Source: Tubiluchus corallicola
Taxonomy: Eukaryota; Animalia; Priapulida
DNA: 64,000 bases
Assembly (NCBI GenBank): GCA_030141605.1
Contig: JAQGDQ010000045.1
Span: 620,001 to 684,000 of the forward strand
Direction of reading: 5' to 3'
The first letter of the stretch is position 1; each line of letters starts with the position of its first letter. The notes under the pieces are model-generated. The model saw only the letters and a list, made by a program, of their open reading frames with translations, searched no databases and was not told the origin of the DNA. This document shows positions 1-12,501 of the stretch, piece by piece. A program made the position numbers and the translations under genes.

Positions 1-1890
1 ATATAATATAATGTTGTGCATTCATTTACTTTCTTGTTTTGATAAAGAACTGTTCACAGTTCATACTAATATCATTTTCTTTTTACTATCTATTTGAATT
101 TCATCCAATGTTTACTGCTAAACCCATGCTGGTAGTGGTGATCAAGCGAATTTTAAACTCAAGTTAGTATTTTTTCTTAGCTTGGTTCTGCTGCACTGAC
201 CATAAGCAACAACCGGCCATCATTTTCTTGCATATTACATTTTTCAAAACAGAATTGCATGTTGAAAAGTATATGGTGCCTAACTGAATTGAAAAAAAAC
301 AGTAAAAGGTATTTGACCTTTAAAATTAGATTCTAATCGAATTTTATCCTGTGGACCAAGCTTTTTCCTACTGTAGATTTTCCTCCAAGCTGTGGATTCA
401 GTAGCCATTAGCCAGTACCTTTTCATATGCTCAATAGTATGATTATTTGTTTAGCTAAGTGGCCTCACTATTTTTTACCTTTTTGTCTGTTTTGAAAGTG
501 TCTAATCTACTTGTGTGTCAAACGTCTAGCAAAATGTAACAAACTGTGCTTGATCATTTTTGTTCATCAATTGACTAACAATTCTATCATAAAGATAAAC
601 CTAATCTGGATTTATCAAATGCCGACCTAAAATATATACCTTGTTTGCATTCAGACAGACAGTCATATCCAATACTGTTTTCAATATGCACTGTTTTGCC
701 AAGTATATTTATCAGTACGTTAAACTAGTAGAATGTCTTTAATGCGGTCAGTCACGAAAACACTTCAATGAGCCATTGGTTTACCACCTTCACTAACACT
801 AATTTAACGGAAATAATTGATCGCTTGTAAGCCTTAATTATCGTACAAGCAGATTGACACATAATCTGTTGTTGTCTTCTTAGTTCTTACTGTTTTTAAT
901 TTTAGAGCATTAATTATTCTGTCAATTTTCTAGGCCACTGTGAATTTAATGATTCTTTCAATCTCAAATATATATTTGTAAGAGAGACCTTTTATCTTGA
1001 GACCAAATTTCCATAGATCAAAAATTACTTTACTGTGGCAAGAATGTTAGTAATACTGTATAGACAATCTAGTTTAGAAACTGTTGTTTTTCTGTTGTTA
1101 GGAACTATATGAAATTGCATTTTCATTTTTTGAAGTTTAGTTTAACATTTATATTATTTATATTATGTTGTATTCATATTAACATTGCCAAAAAGTTTAA
1201 CTTTTTGTCCCTTCACTGGCAGGTTTCATTCTTGTGAATTTCATTAACTGTGGAAATAATGACAGACTAGCTCATGTTTTTTATTATGCTATGCAAAATA
1301 CCACTTAATTTAGTAGTGGCAAGACTGCATAGCAGAGAAATGTTTTGTGCAAAAATTTCTGTGTGATATGTAATAGCCATTGTCTAGGTTAAGATTAAAA
1401 AGTTTGAGACTATGCCTGCTACAGGAGATATTTGTGCCTGATGGTTAAACAAGTCCAAGTTTTTCTGACTTAAACTAATTTTTCAAAAATCATGGCGTTT
1501 AATGCCCTAGGCAATACTGCTTAAAATAATAATAATATCAATAGCAATATATTAATACTACTACTAATAAAATAATAATAACATGATCCATAATTTGATT
1601 TTATATTTCATTTAATTTTCTGTGTATAAATTAATAAGGATTAGCTATGCATATTTTGTCAGTTAAGTTAAACATCGTGCAGGTGGAAACTTTCACGAGA
1701 GTCTTTGTATTAAGGCAAGCAGTTATCAGCAGTTACCATTCTTCAGATGCGGGGCTTAACTGGACTCTCTGCATCATGCCCTAATAACCATAATGTTAGA
1801 TATTGCATCTTGCCTTAACACAGAGATTTTTACGAAGGTTTGTCAATTGTTTAAAATTTTATTTGATAGTAACATTAGTACAGAAGATTT

Positions 1891-3411
1891 TTAATATATC
1901 CCTGGGATTAGTTTATATGGCACTAAATTGCAGTAGTCTTGCCAGTAGTTCTGGTACTTTTTTCTGCACTTTCTATCATCTCTCAAACTTCTGTTCAAAA
2001 GGAAAAATATTAAATATACAGGATATAGAAATGGTACCCAACTAGAGCTCACGGGGCACATTACTGCAGGTAACGTCCAAGTTATGGCAACCAGAATTTC
2101 GAATGCATAGTTCATGTGGCGACTCAGCCCCCACCAACCTGATGCTAAAAGTATATTTTCTACTGATGATCCACTTGATAAACGAGTGGAAACAAATAAC
2201 AGTCTTGGCAGTGCACCCCAAATAATAATGGCTCCATGCAGGTCTCTAGTTTTTTGCTTCTGGTAATCCACCCAATAGTTCAGACCTACTAAACAGAGGC
2301 CTACAAGTCCTATCACTAGTGTTAATAAGCTCCATGGATATGCGACATCAGGCACATTCTCAGTCAAGTAAACACTTGCGATAGAATGAAATGTTGGCTT
2401 GAGACAAACGTGTAGCCACACATTGTAAAATCCTGCTTTATCCATGGTGATATCGATACCTCTCATGTATCCATCCTCCCACAAAAAGAACTTGGCAATG
2501 TAAATACTTTGAATAGCAGTTGTGCAGGTCATTGTCCAGTTACAGTTTCTTTGCTCTATTTCTGCCTTCCAGCACAGTAACACAATCAATTGCCATAGCA
2601 TCATGGAGAAACGCGAGTATATTGCCATTTTAATGTCGATTTTGTCAAAAAGCATTCTTGGGTGCAGTTCCAACCCCCAGTAAAAGTCAAACACCTGGCT
2701 TCCTGATGTTCCTGATCCAGCCCCGGGAGACGGATGTAGACCACCTTTTAAGTACAACATTATGCTAATGATGAAAGCATATGTGTTCAAAGCCCCAGTA
2801 ACTGCTGGCAACATTCGGTAAACGGTGTATGCTGTAAAAGTATCGAAGCCAATGGCCAAGGCTGCCAAAATAACAGTAATGACATAATAACGTACTCCCG
2901 AACGTCTGTAAATAGGCACATAACCAAACCTTGTTGGTTGTCCTTTGTACTCCTCTCCTCCTAACAAACCTTGCGAAAGCAAAGCCCAGAGTGAGAATAT
3001 TCCAATAAATATCCATATTCTTGTATCACCAACCATTTCTAAATGTTGCTCTAAAGGACTGTTGAAAGGTGCAATACACCCCTGCTCCTTATTTTCAGAA
3101 ACATTCACTTCCTTGTATTCTAATGGCGACAAAGATGGTCGAGGTGCTGAGCTACTGGTATTTTTTGGTTGAAATCCTGCAAGGGCTGCTTCCCAGGCTT
3201 TTAAGTAAAACCTAAACCATCCTTCAGACATGGCCAGCCCATGATCACAGCGGTATAGCACAATGAAGCAATGTAACACAATGACGATGTTGGGCCATAC
3301 CATCAGGTATGCGATTGGTCCTCCAACATGATGAAAGTTTCGGGCTAGTTTTTTTCTAAATGATGGTTCACGTTCTGCTCTCTCTAGTCTTCTGATCTGC
3401 ATCCGTGTCAT
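1891..3411 (-). CDS. DHCR7: ERG4/ERG24-family sterol reductase, most like 7-dehydrocholesterol (delta-7) reductase of the DWF5 type; single coding exon
   Basis: Uninterrupted ORF with first ATG at 3411 (track start 3426 is GTG); many TM segments; motifs DFYWGLELHPR, KFFLWEDGY..IDI..DKAGFY, LLASGWWGLSRH.NY..E, RS.RDD.KC.KKY..YW..YC..VPYKLIPGIY. A minus-strand acceptor (tttattgcag|gaa near 3495) suggests an upstream 5'-UTR exon. Confidence 0.88.
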   Translation of the reverse strand: MTRMQIRRLERAEREPSFRKKLARNFHHVGGPIAYLMVWPNIVIVLHCFIVLYRCDHGLAMSEGWFRFYLKAWEAALAGFQPKNTSSSAPRPSLSPLEYKEVNVSENKEQGCIAPFNSPLEQHLEMVGDTRIWIFIGIFSLWALLSQGLLGGEEYKGQPTRFGYVPIYRRSGVRYYVITVILAALAIGFDTFTAYTVYRMLPAVTGALNTYAFIISIMLYLKGGLHPSPGAGSGTSGSQVFDFYWGLELHPRMLFDKIDIKMAIYSRFSMMLWQLIVLLCWKAEIEQRNCNWTMTCTTAIQSIYIAKFFLWEDGYMRGIDITMDKAGFYNVWLHVCLKPTFHSIASVYLTENVPDVAYPWSLLTLVIGLVGLCLVGLNYWVDYQKQKTRDLHGAIIIWGALPRLLFVSTRLSSGSSVENILLASGWWGLSRHMNYAFEILVAITWTLPAVMCPVSSSWVPFLYPVYLIFFLLNRSLRDDRKCRKKYQNYWQDYCNLVPYKLIPGIY

Positions 3412-4555
3412 GCTGCTTGTTTTCACTTTTTCTGCGTTGCGCCTACAGAGACTCAGAGAGTGAGTGCCTCTACAGTACTACATTAGTTTCTTCCTGCAAT
3501 AAACAGTAAACACATCACTAAAGTGCAAGCTTAAGTTCACAGTCACTGATCTTCATAATCAAGTATGCTACTGCTGCTGCTGTCACATGGCTTTTTATAC
3601 ATGTTGTCTTGTTCTGCCAGAAGCCTCTGAGCCAGATAAAAATAGATATTTACAACGCACTGTCTTGGTTTCACTCTCAGTACTTAGCAGCTTTTGGCTT
3701 CATTGCCTGATTTTGTGCTTACCAGAATAAATCTGCCCTCCAGTGTAGGATAAGTGTATAACAAAAGTTTGCTGAACAATAATATTAACTCAACTGCCAA
3801 ATAAAGTATTAAGTCACAATTTCAAAAATGAACCAAAAAAGGAAGGATGTGAAACAATTTATAGCAAACAAATGTCCGTAAAATTAGGTGAAAATTAACA
3901 TTTGCTTAACATTTTGTTGCTCTAAGAATGCATTTGAGACTGTTCATTTAATGTTGATAGGTGAACAGTGTCTGTTGAGAATTCCTCGCTTGTAATATAT
4001 TATGGGATAGATAAGTACCAGTAGTAAAATTTACAACACAATTAAAATCTACAACTTTTAGTGTAACTTTGGGCTTTGAAAAAAGTTCCTTTATAAAGTC
4101 AAAAATGGTAACAAATTAGAAGCCCAAAAAATTACAAATCTTTGTGAAAAAAATTGAAACAGTTAAATAAAATATTCCACAGTGCTTTTCTTTGTTGCAT
4201 TTTAATTATTAATTTGCTGTACTGTATGTTTTTCACCAACCAGCATTTGTCTTCCAGTTGCAAGAACCTTGCTAACCATTTTAAATCAAGTGGGCATGTG
4301 ACTAAAATATTTCTGAAGAGTTTTTCATTAGAAGAGAACAAATGTGAAGTGATGCAAAATTATGTAGTGATCTATTTTTATGTTTATGTACACAAAAATG
4401 TTCATTGGCATGCTCATAGCCAACATCAGCCAAATAATCATAAATCTATGAAATTTTTTTGCATGGCTAAGTGTACTTAACACTTGCTGTTCATTTTAAA
4501 AAATAAAAAAAACTTGGTAATATGATGCCATTAAATGTCGGCTTATCTAGTAGCC

Positions 4556-5272
4556 CAAAAAATAATAAAACGTGGAATAACTAATTTGATGGCTGAACTT
4601 CAATAGCTAGCATTCAAAAAGTACTGAGCCTTCTACCAATTGTTCTTTTTCCTCTGGGGAGGCTGTAGTTAGGAAACTGGAGATAGAATTGTTCTAGAAA
4701 ATTAGGGATGACACTGTTCTTAACATTTTAAAAGTTATTGTATATTTTTTCTCTGAAACGTTAGCTCATTTATGCATTCATGTATACATATAATATTAAT
4801 GTAATTATGCACTTGTGATTATGAACTATGCAGCGATGGTCGCAAAATATAGAGAATATTGATGTTTTTGTGAAGGGTATAATCCGCCGTTGCTTGGCAC
4901 TGTCGGATTGGCACTGGCACTGTCAAAAATAATAAAACGTGGAATAACTTATTTGATGATTGAACTTCAATAGCTAGTATTGAAAAAACACTGAGCCTTC
5001 TATCAATTGTTCTTTTTCCTCTGGGGAGGCAGTAGTTAGGAAACTGGAGATAGAATTGTTCTAGAAAATTAGGGATGGTACTGTTCTTAACATTTTAAAA
5101 GTTATTGTATATTTTCTCTCTGAAATGTTAGCTCATTTATGCATTCATGTATTCATATAATATTAATGTAATTATGCACTTGTAATTATGAACTACGCAG
5201 CGCTGGTCGCAAAATATAGAGAATATTGATGTTTTTGTGAAGGGTATAATCCACCGTTGCTAGGCACTGTCG
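4556..5272. repeat. Tandem duplication, two copies of a ~365-bp unit
   Basis: aaaataataaaacgtggaataact...ggcactgtc occurs at ~4556-4924 and again at ~4924-5272 with scattered substitutions. Confidence 0.9.
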
Positions 5273-5549
5273 CATTTTGGCGACAGTCTTTTTGCAATTG
5301 TAACCTGTTGTCATAGCTGCGGTGACGAACATTTCCTCTGTCTTCTGTAAGGTTGGTATAGTTATTTTCTTGGCGCCAGCAGTGTGATCAATTTCGCCTT
5401 GGTGATCTTTTTGTCTTGGCAGCTTGCGAATAATGGTCGCTTAGTGAGGAACATCGCAACGACACCAGCTTGGTTCTTGTTTGTCATTTGAGATTTTGTC
5501 AATATTGTCTTTGGAGTGAAAGTTGTTCAATTGCTGATAGTGAAAGTTA

Positions 5550-5657
5550 ACAGAGAACTCAAAGAACCAAGGGAAAGAAGTCTATGTAATAAAGAACTCA
5601 AAGAACCAAAGAAGTCTGCTTAATAGAGAACTCGAAGAACCAAGGGAAAGAAGTCTG
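5550..5657. repeat. Short tandem repeat, 3 copies of ~35-40 bp
   Basis: agaactcaaagaacca(aggg)aaagaagtct repeated three times. Confidence 0.8.
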
Positions 5658-6164
5658 TTTTAGAACTGTGTTCTCCGACCAAAAAGGGATTGGCTTTCTT
5701 TATAGTTATCAGTGGAATTCATCATCAATAAATAGTGGGTAAGAATGATTTTCTTGTCAGGTAAATACACAACCTTCCAATCATGACTTGTAAATTTAAA
5801 TACCTGTAGTATTCAAATAGTAGATATTAAGGTAGTTTTAGAATAGATTTTAATATTTTCTTATTTGGTATCATTGCTTAATATTGATTTTTTTTCTATA
5901 GCTTTCAACTCATTTTTAGCCTTGCACAGCTGCTCCTGCATTCAGTGTAAATTTGTAAATAGCTAATACTGCAGCACTGTTAAAAGGCTTACGTTTTCTG
6001 TTGTTATTGCTACTTTCATCTTTTTTAATTTGTTTTTGCCTAGATACAGAAGTCGCTTAGGCACAGAAGCATGGAGTTGCTTCAATATGCTTTTCCCGTG
6101 ATTTGTGTGCTCTTTATAGTCTCTGAGGTTATGGGGACCACTGATCCTGATGCAGGTGAGATTA

Positions 6165-9030
6165 TGTAAATCATGGTATGACAAAGAATGACAAACTTGT
6201 TACAGAACTCTCTCTCAACTGGCCAGAGCTCTTTCAAAAAATCCAAATAATTACGCTATTCACTCTACATATCATAAACTAAGGAAAATGCATAAAAAGC
6301 TTTTGAAGAAAAAACAAAAGCAAGCTAGAAACGAACTTTTATCTATTCTGGAAAACACTAGTCATGACGACCCAAAAATGTTATGGAAGACTTTAGAAAA
6401 AATTGACGGAACTCCACACAATTCAAATTCTATTACCAATGTGACAAAATTTCATAAATATTTCAAGTCGCTGATGACTAAAAATGAAAAGTATCAATTA
6501 TCAATTAGAAATATTGAAAATCATGTAAAAGAGATTAATCAAGCATCCTTTACAAAATTAGACTATTGTATTTCCGAAAATGAAGTCCGAGAAGCAATAA
6601 TTTCATTAAAAAATCCTAAGGCGCCAAGCAAAGATGGAATAATAAATGAAATGATCAAAAGTGGAATTACAGTACTAACACCAACACTAACATTATATTT
6701 TAATTCGGTTTATTCACTCGGAAAATTTCTAGTGGGCTGACTGTCTAATCACACCTATATTAAAGAAAGGAGACCCAACAGATCCCTCAAACTATAGAGG
6801 TATCTCTATTAGTAGCAATCTCGGGAAAGTATTTTGTAAAATTATACATAAAAGACTGGAAAACGACCTAATCGAACCTAACGTAATTAAGAAAGAACAA
6901 ATTGGATTTGGGAAATCGTCACAAACGTCAGATCATATACTTATCTTGAAAACTGTAGTTGATAAATATATTAACCAAGCACGACGAAAATACATATATG
7001 CATGCTTTATTGACCTTAAAAAAGCCTTTGATACTATTTACAGACCTTTTTTATTTTACAAATTACTAAAATATGACTTTGGCGCTAAATTTTACAACAT
7101 AATAAAAAGCATGTACGCCTCCATGATGTGCAACTTAAAATCTCGAATAATAATTTATCTGATTCTTTTCCAGTAAATGTCTGCGTTAAACAGGGATGCG
7201 TATTAATTCCAAATTTATTTAATTTGTTTATAAATGACATCACAACGATTTTTAATGATAAATGCGACCCACTCATATTAAATAACAACTACTTGCAATT
7301 ACTAATGTATGCTGACGATACTGTGGTCTTATCTACTTCCCAGAACGGTTTGCAGAATAGTTTAAATAGCTTAAAACAGGACTGTGATGACTGGTTGCTA
7401 GATATTAACCTAGAAAAAACAAAAGTAATCATTTTCAACAAAGGCGGTCACAGAAATCCAAGCAAAGATTTACTATAGGCCAGGAAAGTATTGAAATTGT
7501 TCAAAATTATAATTACTACGGGATAAACTTTAATGCAAGCCGGTCATTTACCAAGGCAAAAAAAAGAATTATGCAACAAAGCAAGAAAAGCTTTTTTCAA
7601 ATTCAAGCAAAAATTCTGGTGGGATAATTTAAGCTGTAAAATATTAACGCACTTATTTGATAATAAACCAATCGCATTATATGGTTCCGAGTGTTAGTCC
7701 CTGTTGTCGTTTAATAGTAGGAAAATATCAAAAAATAATCAAATTACAGTTGAAAACATATACGATGATTTACCCATGGAATTACTTAACATAAAGTTAT
7801 GTAAGTTCGCTCTTGGCGTCAATAAATTTTCCGTTAATCATGCGGTCAATTGAGAGTTGGGTCGTTTCCCTCTACACGTAGACGTTATAATTAGGACAAT
7901 AAAATACTGACTTAAAATACTGAACTCTCCACAAAATACATTGGTATACCAAACCTACAAAGAAAATAAAATTCTTCTTAACCAAAATACGGGATGTTGG
8001 TTGCAATTTGTAAGAAACATTTTACGTCATTTGGGCTTTTCTCATATCTGGGAACACCAAGGGGTCGATCAAACCAAATCTTTTCCACATGCTTTAAAGG
8101 AGAAACTACAAACAAATTATAAAATTTACTGGAAAGAACGTGTTACAAAAGAAACATGCAAAACAGGCGGAACTAAAAAACTACTAACCTATTCAAAATT
8201 TAAGCAAGAATTTGAAGCCGAGAAGTATATTTTTTTATACATAATCATGTACTAAGATCAAACTTTACTAAACTGCGTATCAGTTCTCACAACTTGTATG
8301 TAGAAAAAGGCCGACACTCGAATATGTAAATACTGCAATGAAGGAAAAATTGAAGATGAAATGCATTTTGTACTTGACGGTAAAAATTACTGCGATTTAA
8401 AGTTAAATTTATTCAGTTCTATTGCGAAAATTTATCCTGCTTTTATTAATCTACCCATGGACCAAAAATTTATTTTGCTGTTAAGAGGTAGTGATTGTGA
8501 AATGACAAACTTAGTGTCAAGATATATTACTGAGTTTTTTTATAAAATGAAATTTGCAAAATTGAGCTTACCTGTTGTTCTATTTAATAGTGCAAGATCT
8601 TCATTATATACAATAATTCTAACGCTTCACTTTAAATGTATGTTACCATTTTGTAAAATGTAATTTTAATATAGTATACAGTATATATTATTTAATTATA
8701 GTTCTACAGTATAAATTTGTTGGACGACGTAATTGCAATTCTAAAATTGTACTAAATTTTGTGTATTAAACTTTGTAAATATCTTAACATAATATAATAT
8801 AATTGAAATATTTAACCACTGTAAATACCGTTTGCTATTATGATTATTATTATTATTATCATTACTGTGTTTTATTGTGTATTGTGTTGACGATTATATC
8901 CCATGTGTGGAATTTTATCTGGGTTTTTATCTGATGCTTTTTTTCATTGTAATGTATTGCATTGTTTATGTAATATTTTGTAACTTGTAATGGCTTGCAA
9001 ATCGTCTATAAATATATTATCTGTAATCTT
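6165..9030 (+). mobile_element. Decayed, 5'-truncated non-LTR retrotransposon (LINE) ORF2; RTE-X/L2-like clade tentative
   Basis: Frameshifted RT motifs in order: WYDKE, KAPSKDGIINEMIK, PILKKGDPTDPSNYRGISI, FIDLKKAFDTI, KQGC.L.P.LFNLFIND, LMYADD, then C-terminal KLRISSHNL.VEKGR..C..C..IEDEMHF; AT-rich 3' UTR; multiple stops. Confidence 0.93.
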
Positions 9031-9399
9031 AATACTCAGAATAGTAACCATACCAGATGCGCAACCCTTAAATTTTTTTATTACCTTTACTTACTATGAA
9101 GATGGCTAGTAATGTTATTTATGAATGAATAATTAATTCAGTTGGAGTTTTGCACAATTAGAGAAAATGACAGGAAATAGCCACATTGTCGTTCGACTTG
9201 CAATGAATCTATGTAGTGATCTGAAAAAGATGATTAAGGGAGGGTACTTTAAAAAGACTCAAACTATTTGTCAAGGGCTGACTGATCTCAGCTCAGGGAC
9301 AGATCAAAACTTTGACTCTATTAATAGATGCAAAATTTGTTTCAGTATATTCTTTCACTGAAGCCTTCATTGTTCAACAACTATATTGTATACTGTGAA

Positions 9400-12300
9400 T
9401 AATAGCGATAATCTCAATTATTTCTATAAAGGTTCTAGCTGTACTAGCACCAGTGGTCTCAATTCATTCGCTTCAGATGGCAACGTTCAACTTAATAGAG
9501 AAGATATTGAAAGAGGTGACTTAGAAACAAATGATGATAATAGCAATCCTGGTGGAAGCAATACATACAACAATGATTTCAATCACAATGTCAGTGCAGC
9601 AGGACATGAGGAGGGAGGTGTATCAAATTTGGGTACAAGTTTTATTGGGAGTTCTGATGTGGAAGAGAAATGGAATAATGACGATACTTCCAACCGCGGC
9701 TCAAATGATAATGTGCAACATGCTCCTGACACTTTTAGTCATGATCATAATGATGGTGAACAAATTAGTCCAATTAGTGAGCTTGAAAAGAGTGGTGCAT
9801 ACAACACTGGTGGAAGCACTGATGGTAGTTCTTATAGCTTTGGCAGTGACAACAATAACGGAAATGATGGGAATGGTAACCTTATCAGTTGGAAAGAAGA
9901 GGACACTAAAATTAATGGTAGTAGAGAAGCTGAAGATGATGCAGCCAGTCATAAAGATACATCATCTGACCGTTCTGACGAAGAAGAAAAATGGAATAGT
10001 GAGACATACTCAAGTGGTATCATAAACGAAATTACTGAAGGTACTGACCCAAATGAAGGACAATATGAGAATAGCAAATATAACAGTGATGGAGGTGCTG
10101 ATGATGGTGGTGTTGGTGACAAAGAAGTCAGAACTGATGCAGAACAGAATTTGAATAACGGAGATGTTTCTATCATCGATTTAATTGATGATACAGGCGA
10201 CAGTTCGAGCATTCTTGGGACGGTTGATGGCAAAGAAACATTGCCCAATGCTGCTCAATATGAAGATGTTGAGACTGAGATTAACGTAGAAACAAATAAT
10301 GGTCCTAACAATGGTAATAGCGATGCTGGAACTGTTAATGAACAGGACGAAAGTAATACTAATGACAGTTTCAATGGTGATGGGACTCATAACAAAGAAA
10401 CTGTCCCAAATTCAGAACAGGGGGAGAGTGATGGAGAGATGATGTACACCCATTTAGATGGTAACACGGGTGATAGTCGGCAAATCACTAGTGGAAATAA
10501 TAGTGACAAAACCCAGGTTGCTAATGAAGAGGATTTGAGTGGTAATGATAATAACAAACACAGAAATGGCAGTTCTAACCAGGATGAGATTGGTGAAGAA
10601 ATGCTTAATGTAAAACAGGTAAATGGCGAAATTAACAGTAACTTCAATGAAAAGATGGAGGCAAATGATAGTCTTGATAATATTGATGCTGTTAATGAAT
10701 GGGATAAAAGTGATACTGATAGCAAAGGTGCAAACAGTGATGGTGGTACTGATAGCAGAGAAAATATACCTAACCCAGAACAGGAGGAGAATGACGGAGA
10801 TATGTTCAGCAACAATTTGAATGAAAACAGTAGTGGTTCCGATACTTCTATTCATAAAGACGGTGACAAAACTCAATCAAATAATGAACGTGAAGAAAGT
10901 GGCCATGATAATAACGAAGATGTAAATGGTGGATTCAGTGATGGCAGCACTGATCAATCCCAGGAAGAACAAAATGAGAATAGCCGAGATATGCCTAGCA
11001 GCAGTCCAGATGACAACAAAGGTGATCATTACGATGTTTATAGTGATAATAATGCTCACAAAAGTTATCCACCTATTAGTGTTGAGGATGAGAGCAAAGA
11101 AACAAATGGCAGTACCAGTGATAGTGATCATGAGATTGATAATAACGAAGCTTTCAAAGCAGAACAAGAGCAGAATAGTGGAGACATATCTAATAGTAAC
11201 CTGAATGGTAACACAGATGCTGATTCTAATGCTTCTAGGGTTAATAATGATGACCAAACTCAGCCTATTAATGAACATGATAAGAGTGGTGAGGATAACA
11301 TCGATGAAGGCATTAATGTCTCCAGCGATCATGAAAGTTATAACGAGCAAACTAGATTCAACACAGAACAGAAGCCGAGTAATGGAGATACATCTAAGAC
11401 TTATTCAATTCATAATGAAGGAGATGCTTCCCATGCTTCCAGTGCTGATGGTGATGATGAAAGTGATAATAAAAAAGATATAGAGGAAGATGAACTAATA
11501 GAATCAGCAATGGGACAAACTCAGAATGGTGAGACAAACGTTGGTCTCGACAGTTCAGTGGAAAAAAACAGTAGTGGTGATAATGCTGAAGTTGAAGTTG
11601 ATGCTGGTGATAATTCAAGTTTTGAAGAAGGAGGTAACGATTCGCAATCCTGCGTGCTTTGCAAGGTTTTTAACCTACCATTGCATGAACATTATATTTA
11701 TCCAGTCTTGCTTTGTTCTTGCAACTGTTTTGTTAGTGAATGGCTAGCACATTTTTGGCGAAAGTGAATGGGTAGTAGGTGTTTAGCGTGGCATTGTAGT
11801 TTTGTAGTTTTAATTGTGGCATGCTTTAATAGTATAAATCCTGTAGACTAGTAAGAATAGAAGTCTGTAGAGTGGAGAGGAAATTTTTAAGATCCTTTAA
11901 ACAATTTGCAGAAAAAAGATATTATTCCTTAACTTTTCTTCGATTTATGTCTTGGTTGGTTATTCGATTGCAAACTGATCACTTGATTAATTTCACTACT
12001 ATTTCTTACTCCTCAATAAAAATTGCATAGAGATCCATAAAATTTGTTTTCTATTCAAAGTAATTTTCAGCTTGCACTAAAGTTATCAATAAATAATTGA
12101 TTGCTATTGAATTCACATTGTTTCCTCATCTTCTAATAATGGGAAAAGGTTTTGTAGAGAATTTTGGTTTTATAAAGAAATGTTATTTCTTAGTATTTTT
12201 TTATTTCAACCAGGAAGTCAAAATGAAAATAAACCAAAACAAAATTATTGCTTTGTAATTATTACTATTAAACTCAAAGTTTTGTATGGAAAGATTCATA

Positions 12301-12501
12301 TTTTGGTTTTTCCATGCTAAAATAGCTGCTTAAATGAATGACTGTACTTTGCTAGTTTGCCCTTGTTTAGAATAATGGCTTAAGATGAATGCTTTACTTT
12401 CCCAGTATGCCCTTGCATAGATTACTTTGTTTTCCAGTATGTCCTTATTATTACTTATATTTTGCTAGCACATGTTTTGTAAAAATGTGTGACTCGCAGT
12501 T
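9400..12501 (+). repeat. ~3.1-kb copy of 17836-~20928 (3' half of giant acidic exon, splice donor and ~0.9 kb intron) flanked by a 24-bp direct repeat
   Basis: Colinear near-identity from agcgataatctcaattat (9404 vs 17836) to gtgact.gcagttaa (~12503 vs ~20928); aacaactatattgtatactgtgaa at 9376-9399 and 12502-12525. Confidence 0.93.
9477..11633 (+). CDS. Possible additional acidic cassette exon (or pseudo-exon) inside the duplicated block
   Basis: Frame fully open (ORF 9386-11767); phase-1 acceptor ttcattcgcttcag|atg at 9476/9477 and phase-1 donor gag|gtaacg at 11633. No expression evidence. Confidence 0.4.
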
